A stretch of DNA of 64,000 bases from an uncultured Candidatus Binatia bacterium. Lineage in GTDB: Bacteria > Desulfobacterota > Binatia > UBA9968 > CAXXLF01. Under the pieces are notes generated by a model, which was given only the letters and a program-made list of their open reading frames with translations, ran no database searches and was not told where the DNA came from. The position numbers were made by a program, and so were the translations under genes. Shown here one piece after another: positions 1-10,080 of this stretch. The DNA is taken from assembly GCA_965218425.1 (NCBI GenBank), contig OZ244621.1, positions 3,552,001 to 3,616,000 of the forward strand. The letters are read 5' to 3'. Each line of letters starts with the position of its first letter. Position 1 is the first letter of the stretch.

Positions 1-527
1 TACTTGAGGTGCGGAGCGGAAACCCCGAAGCGGTGATCCTTGTCGGCGCCTATCAGCCGGTGGCGACTCTGATCGCCTGGGCGCGGCAAACAGCGTTCGA
101 TCCGGTCTTCATGACGATCTCGTTCGTGGGCAGCAATGCATTGATCCGCGAGCTTGGCCCCGCCGGTGCTGGGGTCTTCGTCACGCAGGTGGTCCCTTTC
201 CCGACGGCGAACACCCCTCCCGTGGCGGCGGCTTACCGCCGGGACCTGGCCGCGTATGCGCCCAGCTCGATGCCGGGTTTCGTCTCCTTTGAAGGTTACC
301 TGGCCGGACGTCTGGCCGTCTTGGCCCTTGATCTCTGCGGCCGGAAACTTGACCGTGCCTGTTTTCTCGACAGCCTGCGACGCAAAGAAACCATTGACCT
401 CGACGGGTTCGATCTTCGCTATGGCGACAACGACAACCAGGGTTCGGACTCCGTCTTCCTCACCGTCATCGGCGATGACGGCCGCTATCATTCAATCGAG
501 ACGCTACGGCGTCCGGCACAACCGTGA
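1..527 (+). CDS. ABC substrate-binding protein, LivK/branched-chain amino acid type (5' partial)
   Basis: Frame open to window start; PEAVILVGAY, ISFVGS, VTQVVPFP and SFEGYLAG segments typical of the C-terminal half of type I periplasmic binding proteins. Confidence 0.8.
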   Translation, partial: LEVRSGNPEAVILVGAYQPVATLIAWARQTAFDPVFMTISFVGSNALIRELGPAGAGVFVTQVVPFPTANTPPVAAAYRRDLAAYAPSSMPGFVSFEGYLAGRLAVLALDLCGRKLDRACFLDSLRRKETIDLDGFDLRYGDNDNQGSDSVFLTVIGDDGRYHSIETLRRPAQP

Positions 528-2719
528 ACGCCCAACTCAAAGCCTTACTCGACAGACGCTACAAAATCTCGACGCAACTGTACTTGGGTATCGGTGGTGC
601 CGTGGCCATCACCTTTGCCGCGAGTCTGGTCGGTTGGGTCTCATTCGACCGGGTGGGTGATGCCCAGCGCCGGGTAAACGAGGGGAGTCTACCGGCGTTG
701 GCGGCTGCTTTCAGAGCCGCCCAGCAAAGCAGCGCTCTGGTGGCTGCCGCACCCGACCTAACCGTGGCCGCGACGCCGGAGGATCTGGCTAAAGTCGTCA
801 GCAAAATCGCCGAGGATCGGAAGGCCTTCGAGGCGGAGTTGGCGTCATTGACGATACAAGGCGGCGAAGATGAGCGCTCCAGGCGCATCAAGGCAAGCGG
901 GGACGCGCTGATGCCGAATATTGAAGCCATCCATGACACGGCGTTGATGCGCTTCGCACTGGCCGATCTGCGAGAGGCGAAGCGCGTCGAACTGTCATCA
1001 CTGCGCGACAAGTTAACCGATATTCTGGTGCCTGCAATCGACGATCAATTGTTCTTTGCAGTAACGGGCTATCGCAACCTCGGCGATGCGCCCGTGCCAC
1101 AGGCGGATCACTTGTCGGAAGAGGAATTCAACCGCTATCGCTACCTGGCCGAGTTACAGGTAGATGCCACCATCGGAACACAGCTTCTGGCAACCGCATT
1201 CAATATCTCGGACGCTCCCTTGCTTGAGCCGCTGCGGGAGCGTTTTGAAGCTACGGCCCATGGCATAGAGCGGCGTCTTTCCGCGCTTGGCGTAGCCCCA
1301 CTGCGCGGTAAACTCGCCCCTCTGTTTGCCAGGATGATCGAGTTGGGCATTGGGCCGGATGGGGGCTTTGATGTGCGCGCACGTGAGCTTGCGCTCAACC
1401 GGCGCCAGCAGGACCTGCTCGCGTATAATCGCGATCTCGCCACGGAGCTCCTAGCCGAGGTTGAAGGCTTGGTGAGCACGGCCGGCGCGAGTGCGGAGGA
1501 AGCCGCCCTTGCCTCTAGCCGGGCCATCCTCACCGGGCGTAATCTCCTGCTTGCGTTGAGCGCAGTCAGCGTCGTAGGGGCGGTGTTGATCGCCTGGCTG
1601 TTCGTCGGACGGGTGCTGTTGCGCCGGCTTGGACGGCTGTCGGATAGGATGCAACGCATGGCCGCGGGAGACCTCGAGGCAAAGGTCGAGATCGACGGAC
1701 GCGATGAAGTCGCGGAGATGGCCGTTGCACTTGAACACTTCCGCCGCAACGCTTTGGAGGTGCAGCGCCTGAACCTGGTGGAAAAGCTGGCTGAAGAGCT
1801 CAAAGGCAAGAATGACGAGCTCGAGAACGCTCTGGCCAACCTGGGACGAGCCCAGGACCAGATCGTCATGCGCGAGAAACTGGCGGCGCTTGGCGAGTTG
1901 ACCGCGGGCGTTGCTCACGAGATCAAAAACCCGCTGAACTTCGTTAAGAACTTCTCGGAAGTCTCGGAGGAACTGCTCGAAGAACTCCTGGAGGAGTTGC
2001 AGGGAGCTCTCGGTGAGAGCGGTGAGAAAGACGAGAAGCGGCGGGAGTTGATCCACGAGATCGCCGGCGATCTAACTGATAACCTCAAGCGCATCCGGGA
2101 ACACGGCGAACGGGCCAATCGTATCGTACACAGCATGCTCATGATGGGCAGGGGCTCGGGCGAGCGGCAGTCGACGGACATTAATCCGCTGCTCGAAGAA
2201 CACGCGCGGCTCGCCTACCACAGCGCCCGGGCGACCGACTCGGATTTCAACCTCACCATCAAGGAGGACTACGGTCCACAGATGGTGTGCGATGTCATTC
2301 CGCAAGACCTGGGTCGCGTCTTTCTGAACATGGTGGGCAACGCCTGCCACGCCACCGACGAGAAGCGGCGCGCCATCAAGGCGGGCAGAGGAGAGATCGG
2401 CGGCGATCCTGCCCCCGCCGAAAAACGAAGGACACCCGGCTATGAGCCTACCTTGAGCCTTGTTACCCGGTCCACGCCGGATCTTGTCGAGGTCCGCATT
2501 CGTGACAACGGAAGCGGGATTCCGGCCGATGTCATTGACAAAATATTCAACCCGTTCTTCACAACCAAGCCGACGGAACAAGGCACTGGACTCGGGCTTG
2601 CCATTTCCAATGATATCGTGCGTGGGCACGGGGGAAGCATACGGGTCGAATCCGAGCCGGGTGCATTTACCGAGATGATCATCGAGTTGCCCCGGGCCGC
2701 TCCCCCCGTGCAACCGTGA
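524..2719 (+). CDS. Membrane sensor histidine kinase with TorS-like periplasmic domain, HAMP, HisKA, HATPase
   Basis: Two TM segments around a long helical sensor; HAMP (RLSDRMQRMAAGDL...DEVAEMA); H-box AHEIKNPLNF; N-box NMVGNACHA; G boxes DNGSG, FNPFFTTK, GTGLGL; GTG overlaps upstream TGA. Confidence 0.9.
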   Translation: MNAQLKALLDRRYKISTQLYLGIGGAVAITFAASLVGWVSFDRVGDAQRRVNEGSLPALAAAFRAAQQSSALVAAAPDLTVAATPEDLAKVVSKIAEDRKAFEAELASLTIQGGEDERSRRIKASGDALMPNIEAIHDTALMRFALADLREAKRVELSSLRDKLTDILVPAIDDQLFFAVTGYRNLGDAPVPQADHLSEEEFNRYRYLAELQVDATIGTQLLATAFNISDAPLLEPLRERFEATAHGIERRLSALGVAPLRGKLAPLFARMIELGIGPDGGFDVRARELALNRRQQDLLAYNRDLATELLAEVEGLVSTAGASAEEAALASSRAILTGRNLLLALSAVSVVGAVLIAWLFVGRVLLRRLGRLSDRMQRMAAGDLEAKVEIDGRDEVAEMAVALEHFRRNALEVQRLNLVEKLAEELKGKNDELENALANLGRAQDQIVMREKLAALGELTAGVAHEIKNPLNFVKNFSEVSEELLEELLEELQGALGESGEKDEKRRELIHEIAGDLTDNLKRIREHGERANRIVHSMLMMGRGSGERQSTDINPLLEEHARLAYHSARATDSDFNLTIKEDYGPQMVCDVIPQDLGRVFLNMVGNACHATDEKRRAIKAGRGEIGGDPAPAEKRRTPGYEPTLSLVTRSTPDLVEVRIRDNGSGIPADVIDKIFNPFFTTKPTEQGTGLGLAISNDIVRGHGGSIRVESEPGAFTEMIIELPRAAPPVQP

Positions 2720-2837
2720 ACGTTTCCATCGGTAACTGACCGGCAAAGTCCGAAACAGAACCAACAGGCGCTTTAGTCACACAAACTTTGCCGCACTCAT
2801 CACGAGCCCGTCGAACGAGGCAAACTATCTGAAACAG

Positions 2838-3176
2838 TTAGCCGCCGATCGCGGCGAGTGCCTCTGCCTTGAAACCATAGATCTGGATTACATTGTCGAA
2901 GCCGCTGATCTTGAAGATCTCCAGGATCTGATCCGAGAGGGAGCAAAGCGCGAACTTGGCATTCTGGCGCCCGAGGTTTTTGGCGGTCAAAAGGATGGCG
3001 CGAAGACCCGCGCTGCTGATGTACGAAAGATCCTCCAAATCGAGGATCACGGCATGATCGCTCTTCTCGATCGCGGTTCTGACCGCCTCCTCGAACTCAA
3101 AAGCATTGGTGCCATCAATGCGTCCGCTCACTCGGGCACACAATACGCCATCTTGCCGCTCAGTCGTCAAATCCAT
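2838..3176 (-). CDS. STAS-domain anti-sigma factor antagonist
   Basis: SGRIDG...VILDLEDLSYISSAGLR with the phosphoacceptor Ser; RBS GGAGGAG upstream. Confidence 0.92.
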   Translation of the reverse strand: MDLTTERQDGVLCARVSGRIDGTNAFEFEEAVRTAIEKSDHAVILDLEDLSYISSAGLRAILLTAKNLGRQNAKFALCSLSDQILEIFKISGFDNVIQIYGFKAEALAAIGG

Positions 3177-3256
3177 AGCTTCTCCTCCAAGGTCATGTTA
3201 GTGCCACTCATATGTCTCCCATGTCCGGTTTTGTAGCATCGAATCGTATCCGGTAT

Positions 3257-4648
3257 TCACTCGTCGGGCTCCGGCATCAAAACAAATTCGGGGTAGGCTT
3301 CGATGCCCAGTTCCCCCACGTCTTGACCCATAGCTTCAATGGCCAGCGGGACGCGGGCTCCCATCGTCATATCAATGATCAGCCACGTTAGCGCGGTGAC
3401 GCTGAGCACGAAGACCCCGATGACCAAAATGCCGAGCATCTGCACCCACAGGTTGCCGCCGGCCGCAATGCAGACTGCGAGCGTCCCCCAGACACCGGAA
3501 AAAAGGTGGGCTGGAATCGCGCCGACCACGTCGTCGATCTTGAGGCGCTCCAAGACCTTCAAGCCGGCGACCGATATCACGCCGCCGCCCGCGCCGATAA
3601 CGACGGCCCAATAGTGCTCAACGATGTTAGGCCCGGCGGTGATCGCAACCAAGCCGGCGATAGCACCGTTCAGGCCGGCGAGTAGATCAACGCGCCCCAA
3701 AATAGGCCGCGACAAGCAGATGGCGGCCATGACTCCCGCAGCCGCGGCAAGATTGGTGTTGACAATGATGTTGCTGATCATCACCGCGTCGACGGCGCCG
3801 CTCAGGGTGAGTTGCGATCCCCCGTTGAAACCGAACCAACCGAGCCAGAGAATGAAAATACCCAGAGTCACGGCGGGCACGTTCGACGGCGGTGTCGGCC
3901 TGATACTTCCATCTTTGCGGAACTTGCCCTGCCGCGGTCCGACGACAAGCGCACCGGTGAGCGCGGCCCAGCCGCCAGTTGAGTGAACGATGGTAGATCC
4001 AGCGAAGTCTTGGAAACCCAGCGCGGCGAGCCAGCCGCCACCCCACGTCCAGGCGCCGACGATCGGATAAATAATTGCCGTCAGCACCGCGGTGAAGACG
4101 AAGAAGGACCAAAGCTTCGCCCGCTCGGCCAGGGTGCCGGACACGATCGAGGCGGTCGTCGCTACAAACACCATCTGGAAAAACCAAGCAGACATCGTGG
4201 CAGAGCCCTGCTTGACAACTGCGGTACGGGCGGGCTCCCCGCCATTTAAGAGCGCGATTTCGTCTCCGGTTGTCCCGTACAGGAACGTGAACGATCCGAA
4301 CCAGCCGCCAGGGGCGACGCCGACATACATGATGTTGTAGCCGATCAGGTAGAACGTCAGCCCGGCGATGGAATAGAGACCGATGTTCTTCAGGCAGATC
4401 ACCGACGCGTTCTTGGTGCGCACGGATCCGGCCTCAAGCATGGTGAAGCCCGCGCACATCCACATCACCAGCGCGCCCCAAACGAGGAACGAAAAGCTGT
4501 TCAGAACGAATTGCGTTTCGCCGTCGATGGCCGCGTGCGCCTGCGACGGGCAAAGCGCTAGAACAAAGATGGCCGCGATGCCACCGAAGCCAACTGCGCG
4601 GCGGTACTGTGCGTTGCGAGCAAAAGGGTCATTTCGATCGTTATGCAC
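3257..4648 (-). CDS. amt: Ammonium transporter (Amt family)
   Basis: GFTMLEAG, FQMVF, DFAGSTIVH, GWFGFNGGS, DDVVGAIPAH (twin His); start placed at GTG 4648 after AGGAGGT. Confidence 0.95.
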   Translation of the reverse strand: MHNDRNDPFARNAQYRRAVGFGGIAAIFVLALCPSQAHAAIDGETQFVLNSFSFLVWGALVMWMCAGFTMLEAGSVRTKNASVICLKNIGLYSIAGLTFYLIGYNIMYVGVAPGGWFGSFTFLYGTTGDEIALLNGGEPARTAVVKQGSATMSAWFFQMVFVATTASIVSGTLAERAKLWSFFVFTAVLTAIIYPIVGAWTWGGGWLAALGFQDFAGSTIVHSTGGWAALTGALVVGPRQGKFRKDGSIRPTPPSNVPAVTLGIFILWLGWFGFNGGSQLTLSGAVDAVMISNIIVNTNLAAAAGVMAAICLSRPILGRVDLLAGLNGAIAGLVAITAGPNIVEHYWAVVIGAGGGVISVAGLKVLERLKIDDVVGAIPAHLFSGVWGTLAVCIAAGGNLWVQMLGILVIGVFVLSVTALTWLIIDMTMGARVPLAIEAMGQDVGELGIEAYPEFVLMPEPDE

Positions 4649-4988
4649 TTTTTTTATACCTCCTGCATTGTTGATGTTCCCGTATGATCTGGAGGCAGAG
4701 CTCAGCAGCAAACGCCGCGGCGAAAAGCCACCTCCTGTTGGCTACCCTATCAGTTCATTAATAACCCATCTTACTTGAAACGTCGATAGTTCTATCGCAA
4801 ATTCCACTACGAGCCAACTAACCGGATGTGCCAGCCACAGTTATCCTGTGGCTATCAGAGGATCTTTCAGCTTGAATTTGACAGGCGGAGCCCCAGCCCG
4901 TATTTCACCCACGGGCTAAAGCATCTTTGCTTCCGTCGTCTTCAAGGAATTCTCCCCCGTTGTCCCTACGACCAGGCGGGGGGCGCCG

Positions 4989-5160
4989 ATGCCATCGCCC
5001 CAATCCGCCGGTTGGCGGGCCGTCCGCAAGGATGCCGGCCTCGGTATGATGCGATTCACGACCTCCGCCACACCATGGCCAGCCAAGCCGTTATGTCGGG
5101 CGAGAACCTGCCCCTGGTCGGAAAGCTGCTCGGGCACCGCCAGCATCGAGCGCGGTCGAT
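4989..5160 (+). pseudogene. Tyrosine recombinase/phage integrase C-terminal remnant, frameshifted
   Basis: WRAVRKDAGL in one frame, then IHDLRHTMASQAVMSGENLPLVGKLLGH in the -1 frame; catalytic Tyr segment and N-terminus absent. Confidence 0.85.
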
Positions 5161-5451
5161 GCACGCCCCTTTCAGGGGTTTTTCATGGTTTGAACTGTTC
5201 TACCCGGGATGAAGCTATTGTGAGTAAAGGTGACAAGTGTAACACGGCACCATGCGAACAGGAAACCAGTGACAGGCGCGTCGCCATCGGCCCGCCGGAT
5301 GCGCGGCGGGCGTTACCGCTCAAGCGCCGCTCGGGCTAACCTTTGGAAACACAACGGCCTGCACCCCCCGAGTAGTTGAGTGGAACGGAAGCACGATGCG
5401 GACGCCGGTCGGCGTTTGGTTCTCATACCCAACACCGGGAGCGATGGAGGC

Positions 5452-5901
5452 TCATCGTGGTGTCGGCAAGTCCTTGTGGATGCAGTTACCGAAGCATCTC
5501 CACGCCTCATTGAGCGGGTGAATTCCCTGGTCGTACAGACCGCATCCGAGGAAAGAGGCCGTGGCGATACGCAATTCGGCATTAGGACTGTGCGGAAGGG
5601 TACGGAGCAAATCGCGAAGTTTCCGACTTCCAGGATCGTGGTTTACGAACGCGAGGAGGAGAAACGGCGGATCGTTACTGAAACCCGCTAAATCTTTACC
5701 GCGGTTGATAAGCCCTAGGGACCGCTTTTGGTTGAAGACGCGTACCGTTTCTTCCCTAACTTTGCTCAGTTTGTCGGGGTCTCCCGCATATTGGTTCACA
5801 TCCTTGATGGGGGCATGGAGTCCCACGGCGCCGTTTAGTGCCCCGTCACCGTGTTTCACCTCGACGAAAACGAGTCGCCGATGGAAAACATATCCGGTCA
5901 A
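5452..5901 (-). CDS. Hypothetical protein, probable C-terminal fragment with a PD-(D/E)XK-like motif
   Basis: LVFVEVKHGDGAL resembles the (D/E)xK motif of restriction-endonuclease-like folds; upstream PD part not found. Confidence 0.4.
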   Translation of the reverse strand: MTGYVFHRRLVFVEVKHGDGALNGAVGLHAPIKDVNQYAGDPDKLSKVREETVRVFNQKRSLGLINRGKDLAGFSNDPPFLLLAFVNHDPGSRKLRDLLRTLPHSPNAELRIATASFLGCGLYDQGIHPLNEAWRCFGNCIHKDLPTPR

Positions 5902-6174
5902 TTTCCACAGCTTCTCAGTCCGTCACCCACTTTCGGCTATAGCTCACTGAACTTTCGGCCGGCCGCTTTTCTGGACCTGTGACGCGGAACCACAGCGACC
6001 GCCGTCACCGTGAACGGACAGGCGTCGTCCCGCTCTTCCAGCGGCGCTCTGGAACACCGCCCGTCGCCGGATCACCAAACACAAAACCGAGGCGAAACCC
6101 TGCTCCCGGACCACCGCAGCGAACACCGTCGGCGCTACACGAAATAGTGAGTTGCAAAGGTCGGAATCAGGCTA

Positions 6175-7453
6175 TTAGAAAGCGACTCCGACGGAAAGCG
6201 CGCCGAAAAGTCCGAACGCATCCTGATAGTCCAGTCGGGCCGGATCATGGACGGCGTTGTCTCCAAATCCGTCTCCCTCGTTCCCATAACGCACTCTCGG
6301 AGTATGAGACAGATATTCGATTCCGGCTCCAAGACGAACGGTTATTCTCTCATGAACCATGACTCTCAGCGACGTTTCAAAACGGAATGTCATGGCGACC
6401 CGAGAATCGTCTAGTTCCAAATCGGTCCTCGTGTCTATATTTGCCGACGACAAAACAGTTCTCTGGCGCCCCCTGTATTTGGAATCAAGGCGATAAACCC
6501 CGACGTCGCCGGCAGCGGAGAAGGTCCAGCGTCCCTCGATCGGAATGTCGAGGCGGCTGCCGACAACGATTCCGTAATAGTAGGCTTGCAGGCGTTCTCC
6601 CAGAGTCATGTAATTCTGGTCCGGCGTTCGGTTGGTCGTTTCATACGAAAAAATATTTGAACGCTGATCCAAATTCTTGAAGCTCGGACCGGCGAAAAGA
6701 GACATTTTGCTTTCTCCGTCCGGATCGAGGAGAATCCCGCCTACGAAATCGCCTCCCCGAAATTTCACCTCTCTTTTGGTGCGTATGCGGATGGCGTCGC
6801 CCCAGGCAAAATTGGGAGTATGTTCAAGCGCCGATCCGTCTATGGCGCCGATCCAGCCGGCGAACCTGAGGCCCTCCTCCAAGTCTGATGGCCTCGATCA
6901 CTTCGTTTAGCCTCGTCTTATCGTCGAAGATGATCTCTCTCCGTCTCTCTCTCTCGGCGTCCGACAACCTCCTCAACTCTTCCACAGTCAAGCCGAATTG
7001 CTCCGCTTCCAGCGCGTCCCATAGTTCGCTCGTTCGCTCGTACTCGTTGACATGCCTGGAGCTGTGGGACGCGATAAAGCCGCGCGCTTCGGCGAAGAGG
7101 ATACGCCCGACGGCGTTGTATTCTCCGCCAATCGTCAGGCGAACCAGAGGGCCGGCGCGGTGCGATGCGTCGTAGTGATCGAGGAAGCCCGTCAACTCCT
7201 CATTGGAGTCCGTCTCGATGAACGGGCTCGATTCCGGCAGGCTGAGAAAGAAGACGCCGATGTCGGTCCGGAAATACATCTTGTTCGCAGCATCCACCGC
7301 CGCGCCGTCCTCTTGAGAATGGGCACAAAGCGGAAGCATCACGGCGAATAATACCGCAAGGCATACCTCAAGCGTACGAAGCAGACCGCCGGCAGTCGAT
7401 CCGTTCGTCCGAGCACACGATTCGACAATTGTCACGGTGCAACGTTGCGTCAT
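6175..7453 (-). pseudogene. Putative outer-membrane beta-barrel protein split by a frameshift near 6883-6900
   Basis: ORF 6824-7453 has a signal-like segment (LAVLFAVMLPLCAHS); overlapping ORF 6175-6882 has alternating beta-strands and ends in Phe (SVGVAF). Confidence 0.6.
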
Positions 7454-7769
7454 CCGACCTTCCCCCTTTGGCTTGCCCAGCGTGACACTAAGGCGCCGGA
7501 AAAGCGTCTGTCAAGGTGAAACTCGCCTGCCGACAGGATCATCTCATTCTGACGGTATTGAGATGTCGGTGACAACTTCTCTCGTGATCGGCATCTTGCA
7601 TAGGCCACCGCCGTTCTCTCGTAACGGATGCAACCGGCCGATGGGCCGGCTGCGAATCTTTTCTCCGAGCTCGGCGGAAAACGATTTGATTGCAGATCCA
7701 TCATGAACAGGTTAATGTGAGACCTCTGCATAACGTGCCAAAGGCGTTTGGACGGGACATTCTCCATTC

Positions 7770-7817
7770 GTCCTGAGCCCTTCGACAAGCTCAGGACAGG
7801 CGTAGCGAAATCGAAGG
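7770..7817. repeat. REP-like intergenic palindrome
   Basis: gtcctgagc-ccttcgacaa-gctcaggac hairpin; loop ccttcga complementary to tcgaagg at 7811-7817. Confidence 0.6.
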
Positions 7818-7877
7818 ACCACATTTCCGCAGGAAAGATTGCGCAAGAGATCATGGAGGGCTAAGGAGCCGCGACTT

Positions 7878-9305
7878 ATGCAGGCTTTCGATTACAACGT
7901 CGTCGTCATCGGCAGCGGTCCCGCGGGCTACACTGCTGCCGTTCAGGCATGCGAGCTGGGCGCCAAGGTCGCCATTGTGGAGCGGCACGAAACACTGGGC
8001 GGCGTTACCTTCCTTTCGGGCACCATACCCAGCAAGACCCTGCGTGAGGCAATCCTGTACTTGCGGGGGGTCCGGCAGCGTCCGTTCTACGGCACGGATT
8101 TCACCGAAAGAAAGAACATCACCATATCGGATCTGTTCGTTCGCGTGCGAAAAGTGGTCGATCAACGGATAACGATGATGGAAAACCAACTGCAAAGCCA
8201 CCGTGACCGGATCGATATCTTTCGAGGCTATCACGCCACCGTGGAGAGCCCGAACTCGGTGCATGCATGGCTCCTGAAGAACCCCATGGAGTCTCTCACC
8301 TTGACGGCGGAAAAGATAATCATCGCCGCCGGATCGAGACCCCGACGCATACCGGACATACCGGTTGACAATGAAGTCATCTTCGATTCCGACTCCGCGT
8401 TCACCCTGGAGCTTCAGCGTGAGACCCTGCCCGAATCGCTTATCATCGTCGGAGCCGGAGTCATCGGCGCGGAATACGGATCCGCCTTTGCGGTCTTGGG
8501 TTGCAATGTGTGGCTGGTTCAACACGATCATGATTTCCTCACCTTCGCGGAACGCCCGATCGTGGATATGCTGATCCGGCGCATGGAGGACTACGGCGTG
8601 GAGTTCGTCTGGGGAGCCGCGTATGAGAGGGTCGAACGCACCCCCGGGTCGGAAAGCAGGGCGCGCGTTTGCCTCACCGACGGCCGGGTCCTGGAGGCGG
8701 ACGCCTTGATCGTGGCCAAAGGACGTGAGGTGGCCTCCAAGGTCCTCGGTCTGGAGGACGTGGGCGTGGACGTCACCGAGCACGGCTTGATCAAGGTCAA
8801 TGAGTTGTTTCAGAGTTCGGTTCCCAGCATCTATGCCGCCGGCGACGTGATCGGGTTTCCGGCTCTGGCCTCCACCGGCAGCGAGCAGGGCCGCATGGCC
8901 GCCAGCTATGCCCTGGGGCGCAGGGTGGGGAGCCGAAGGACGTTGTTTCCCATGTGCGTCTATACGATCCCAGAAATCGCCATGGTGGGCTATACGCAAC
9001 AGGAGTTGCAGGCCAAAGGCATCCCTTACGCCCGGGGGGTAGCCTTTTATGAAGAGGTAACCAAAGCGGGCATCATCGGGGATGAGCACGGCATGCTGAC
9101 CCTGTTGTTCGAACCCAGCGGCTGGCATCTGCTGGGCGTGCACATCATCGGAGACCAGGCAGGCGAGCTGATTCACATCGGGCAGGCGGTGCTGAGCTAC
9201 AACGGCACCATCGACTATTTTCTTGACAACGTGTTCAATTTCCCGACCATGGGCGAAGCCTACAAGATTGCAGCGCTGAACGGCGTAAAGAAGGTCACCT
9301 CCTAG
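7878..9305 (+). CDS. sthA: Soluble (Si-specific) pyridine nucleotide transhydrogenase
   Basis: VIGSGPAG, GTIPSKTLREA, GAGVIGAEY, YAAGDVIGFPALAST.EQGR, YTIPEI, FNFPTMGEAYKIAALNG; RBS AAGGAG before ATG 7878. Confidence 0.9.
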   Translation: MQAFDYNVVVIGSGPAGYTAAVQACELGAKVAIVERHETLGGVTFLSGTIPSKTLREAILYLRGVRQRPFYGTDFTERKNITISDLFVRVRKVVDQRITMMENQLQSHRDRIDIFRGYHATVESPNSVHAWLLKNPMESLTLTAEKIIIAAGSRPRRIPDIPVDNEVIFDSDSAFTLELQRETLPESLIIVGAGVIGAEYGSAFAVLGCNVWLVQHDHDFLTFAERPIVDMLIRRMEDYGVEFVWGAAYERVERTPGSESRARVCLTDGRVLEADALIVAKGREVASKVLGLEDVGVDVTEHGLIKVNELFQSSVPSIYAAGDVIGFPALASTGSEQGRMAASYALGRRVGSRRTLFPMCVYTIPEIAMVGYTQQELQAKGIPYARGVAFYEEVTKAGIIGDEHGMLTLLFEPSGWHLLGVHIIGDQAGELIHIGQAVLSYNGTIDYFLDNVFNFPTMGEAYKIAALNGVKKVTS

Positions 9306-9315
9306 TCGCCCTTAG

Positions 9316-9349
9316 CCCTCACCTGACCCTCTCCCGGAGGGAGAGAGAG
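9316..9349. repeat. REP-like hairpin downstream of sthA
   Basis: ccctcacctgaccctctcccggagggagag; ctctccc/gggagag stem. Confidence 0.55.
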
Positions 9350-9366
9350 CCGCAGTCGCGGTTACC

Positions 9367-9681
9367 GAACGGCTCATTACCTCCGACAAGGTGAACGCCA
9401 TCGTAGGCGGCGACTGCCCGGGCGTTACGATCGCCATGTTGAAAAACGTGGCGAAGGCCAACGGCATCGTGATGATCTGTCCGTCGGCCACGTCGCCGGC
9501 CCTGTCTACGGTCGAGGACGACGGACTCTTTTTCCAGACGGCACCGTCCGATGCCCGCTAGGGCGAGGTGGTCACGGACATTGTAAAGGAGAAGGGGATC
9601 AAGGAGGCGGCGCTCGCGTACACCAACAACGACTCTGGTAAGGGGCCGGCGGACAGCATCAAGGCCAACGTGGGGAGGTGA
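9367..9681 (+). pseudogene. Internal remnant of a LivK-type binding protein with an in-frame stop
   Basis: Manual translation ERLITSDKVNAIVGGDCPGVT...PSATSPALSTVEDDGLFFQTAPSDAR*GEVV...YTNNDSGKG; TAG at 9559-9561; not in ORF track. Confidence 0.85.
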
Positions 9682-10080
9682 GGTGGTCCCCCATTGCTGG
9701 ACAGTTTGGCAGCCTTGTTCAAGGTGTATTCCGGTGTCTGATCATGCCGCCAAGTTCCCGTTTATCACATTTTGCCGTTGCTGTTGAGCCTGTGGGGCTT
9801 GAACACATGCGTTCTAAGGGTATGCCGTCAGGCTTATCCATCGTGTCCTCCCATATCCTCCATATTCTCAGACTCCTCCCTGGTGCCGTAGATGTCCGGG
9901 CGGCGAGGGCGACATGCGGCCTGACGGTCACTTGCCCCGCTGTTTTAGCTGTGGTATGGCCACTTCTATGAACCTCGTAAAGCCCGAAAAATGCCAGGAG
10001 AAATGGTAAATAGGCAGAGATGGCATCTACGGCCAGCGATTTGTCGCCGTGCGCTCGAAGGAATAGGAGAATAAAGGACA

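Noticed and set aside
519..2722. 12-bp direct repeat caaccgtgaacg at the ends of the binding-protein and kinase genes
   Set aside because: Short, overlaps stop codons, no mobility signal; likely chance
4818..4833. TGGCAC upstream of amt as a sigma54 promoter
   Set aside because: No TTGC at the -12 position
6934..6955. (CT)n tract as a phase-variation switch for the barrel gene
   Set aside because: A stop in the downstream frame confines the frameshift to about 6883-6900, outside the tract
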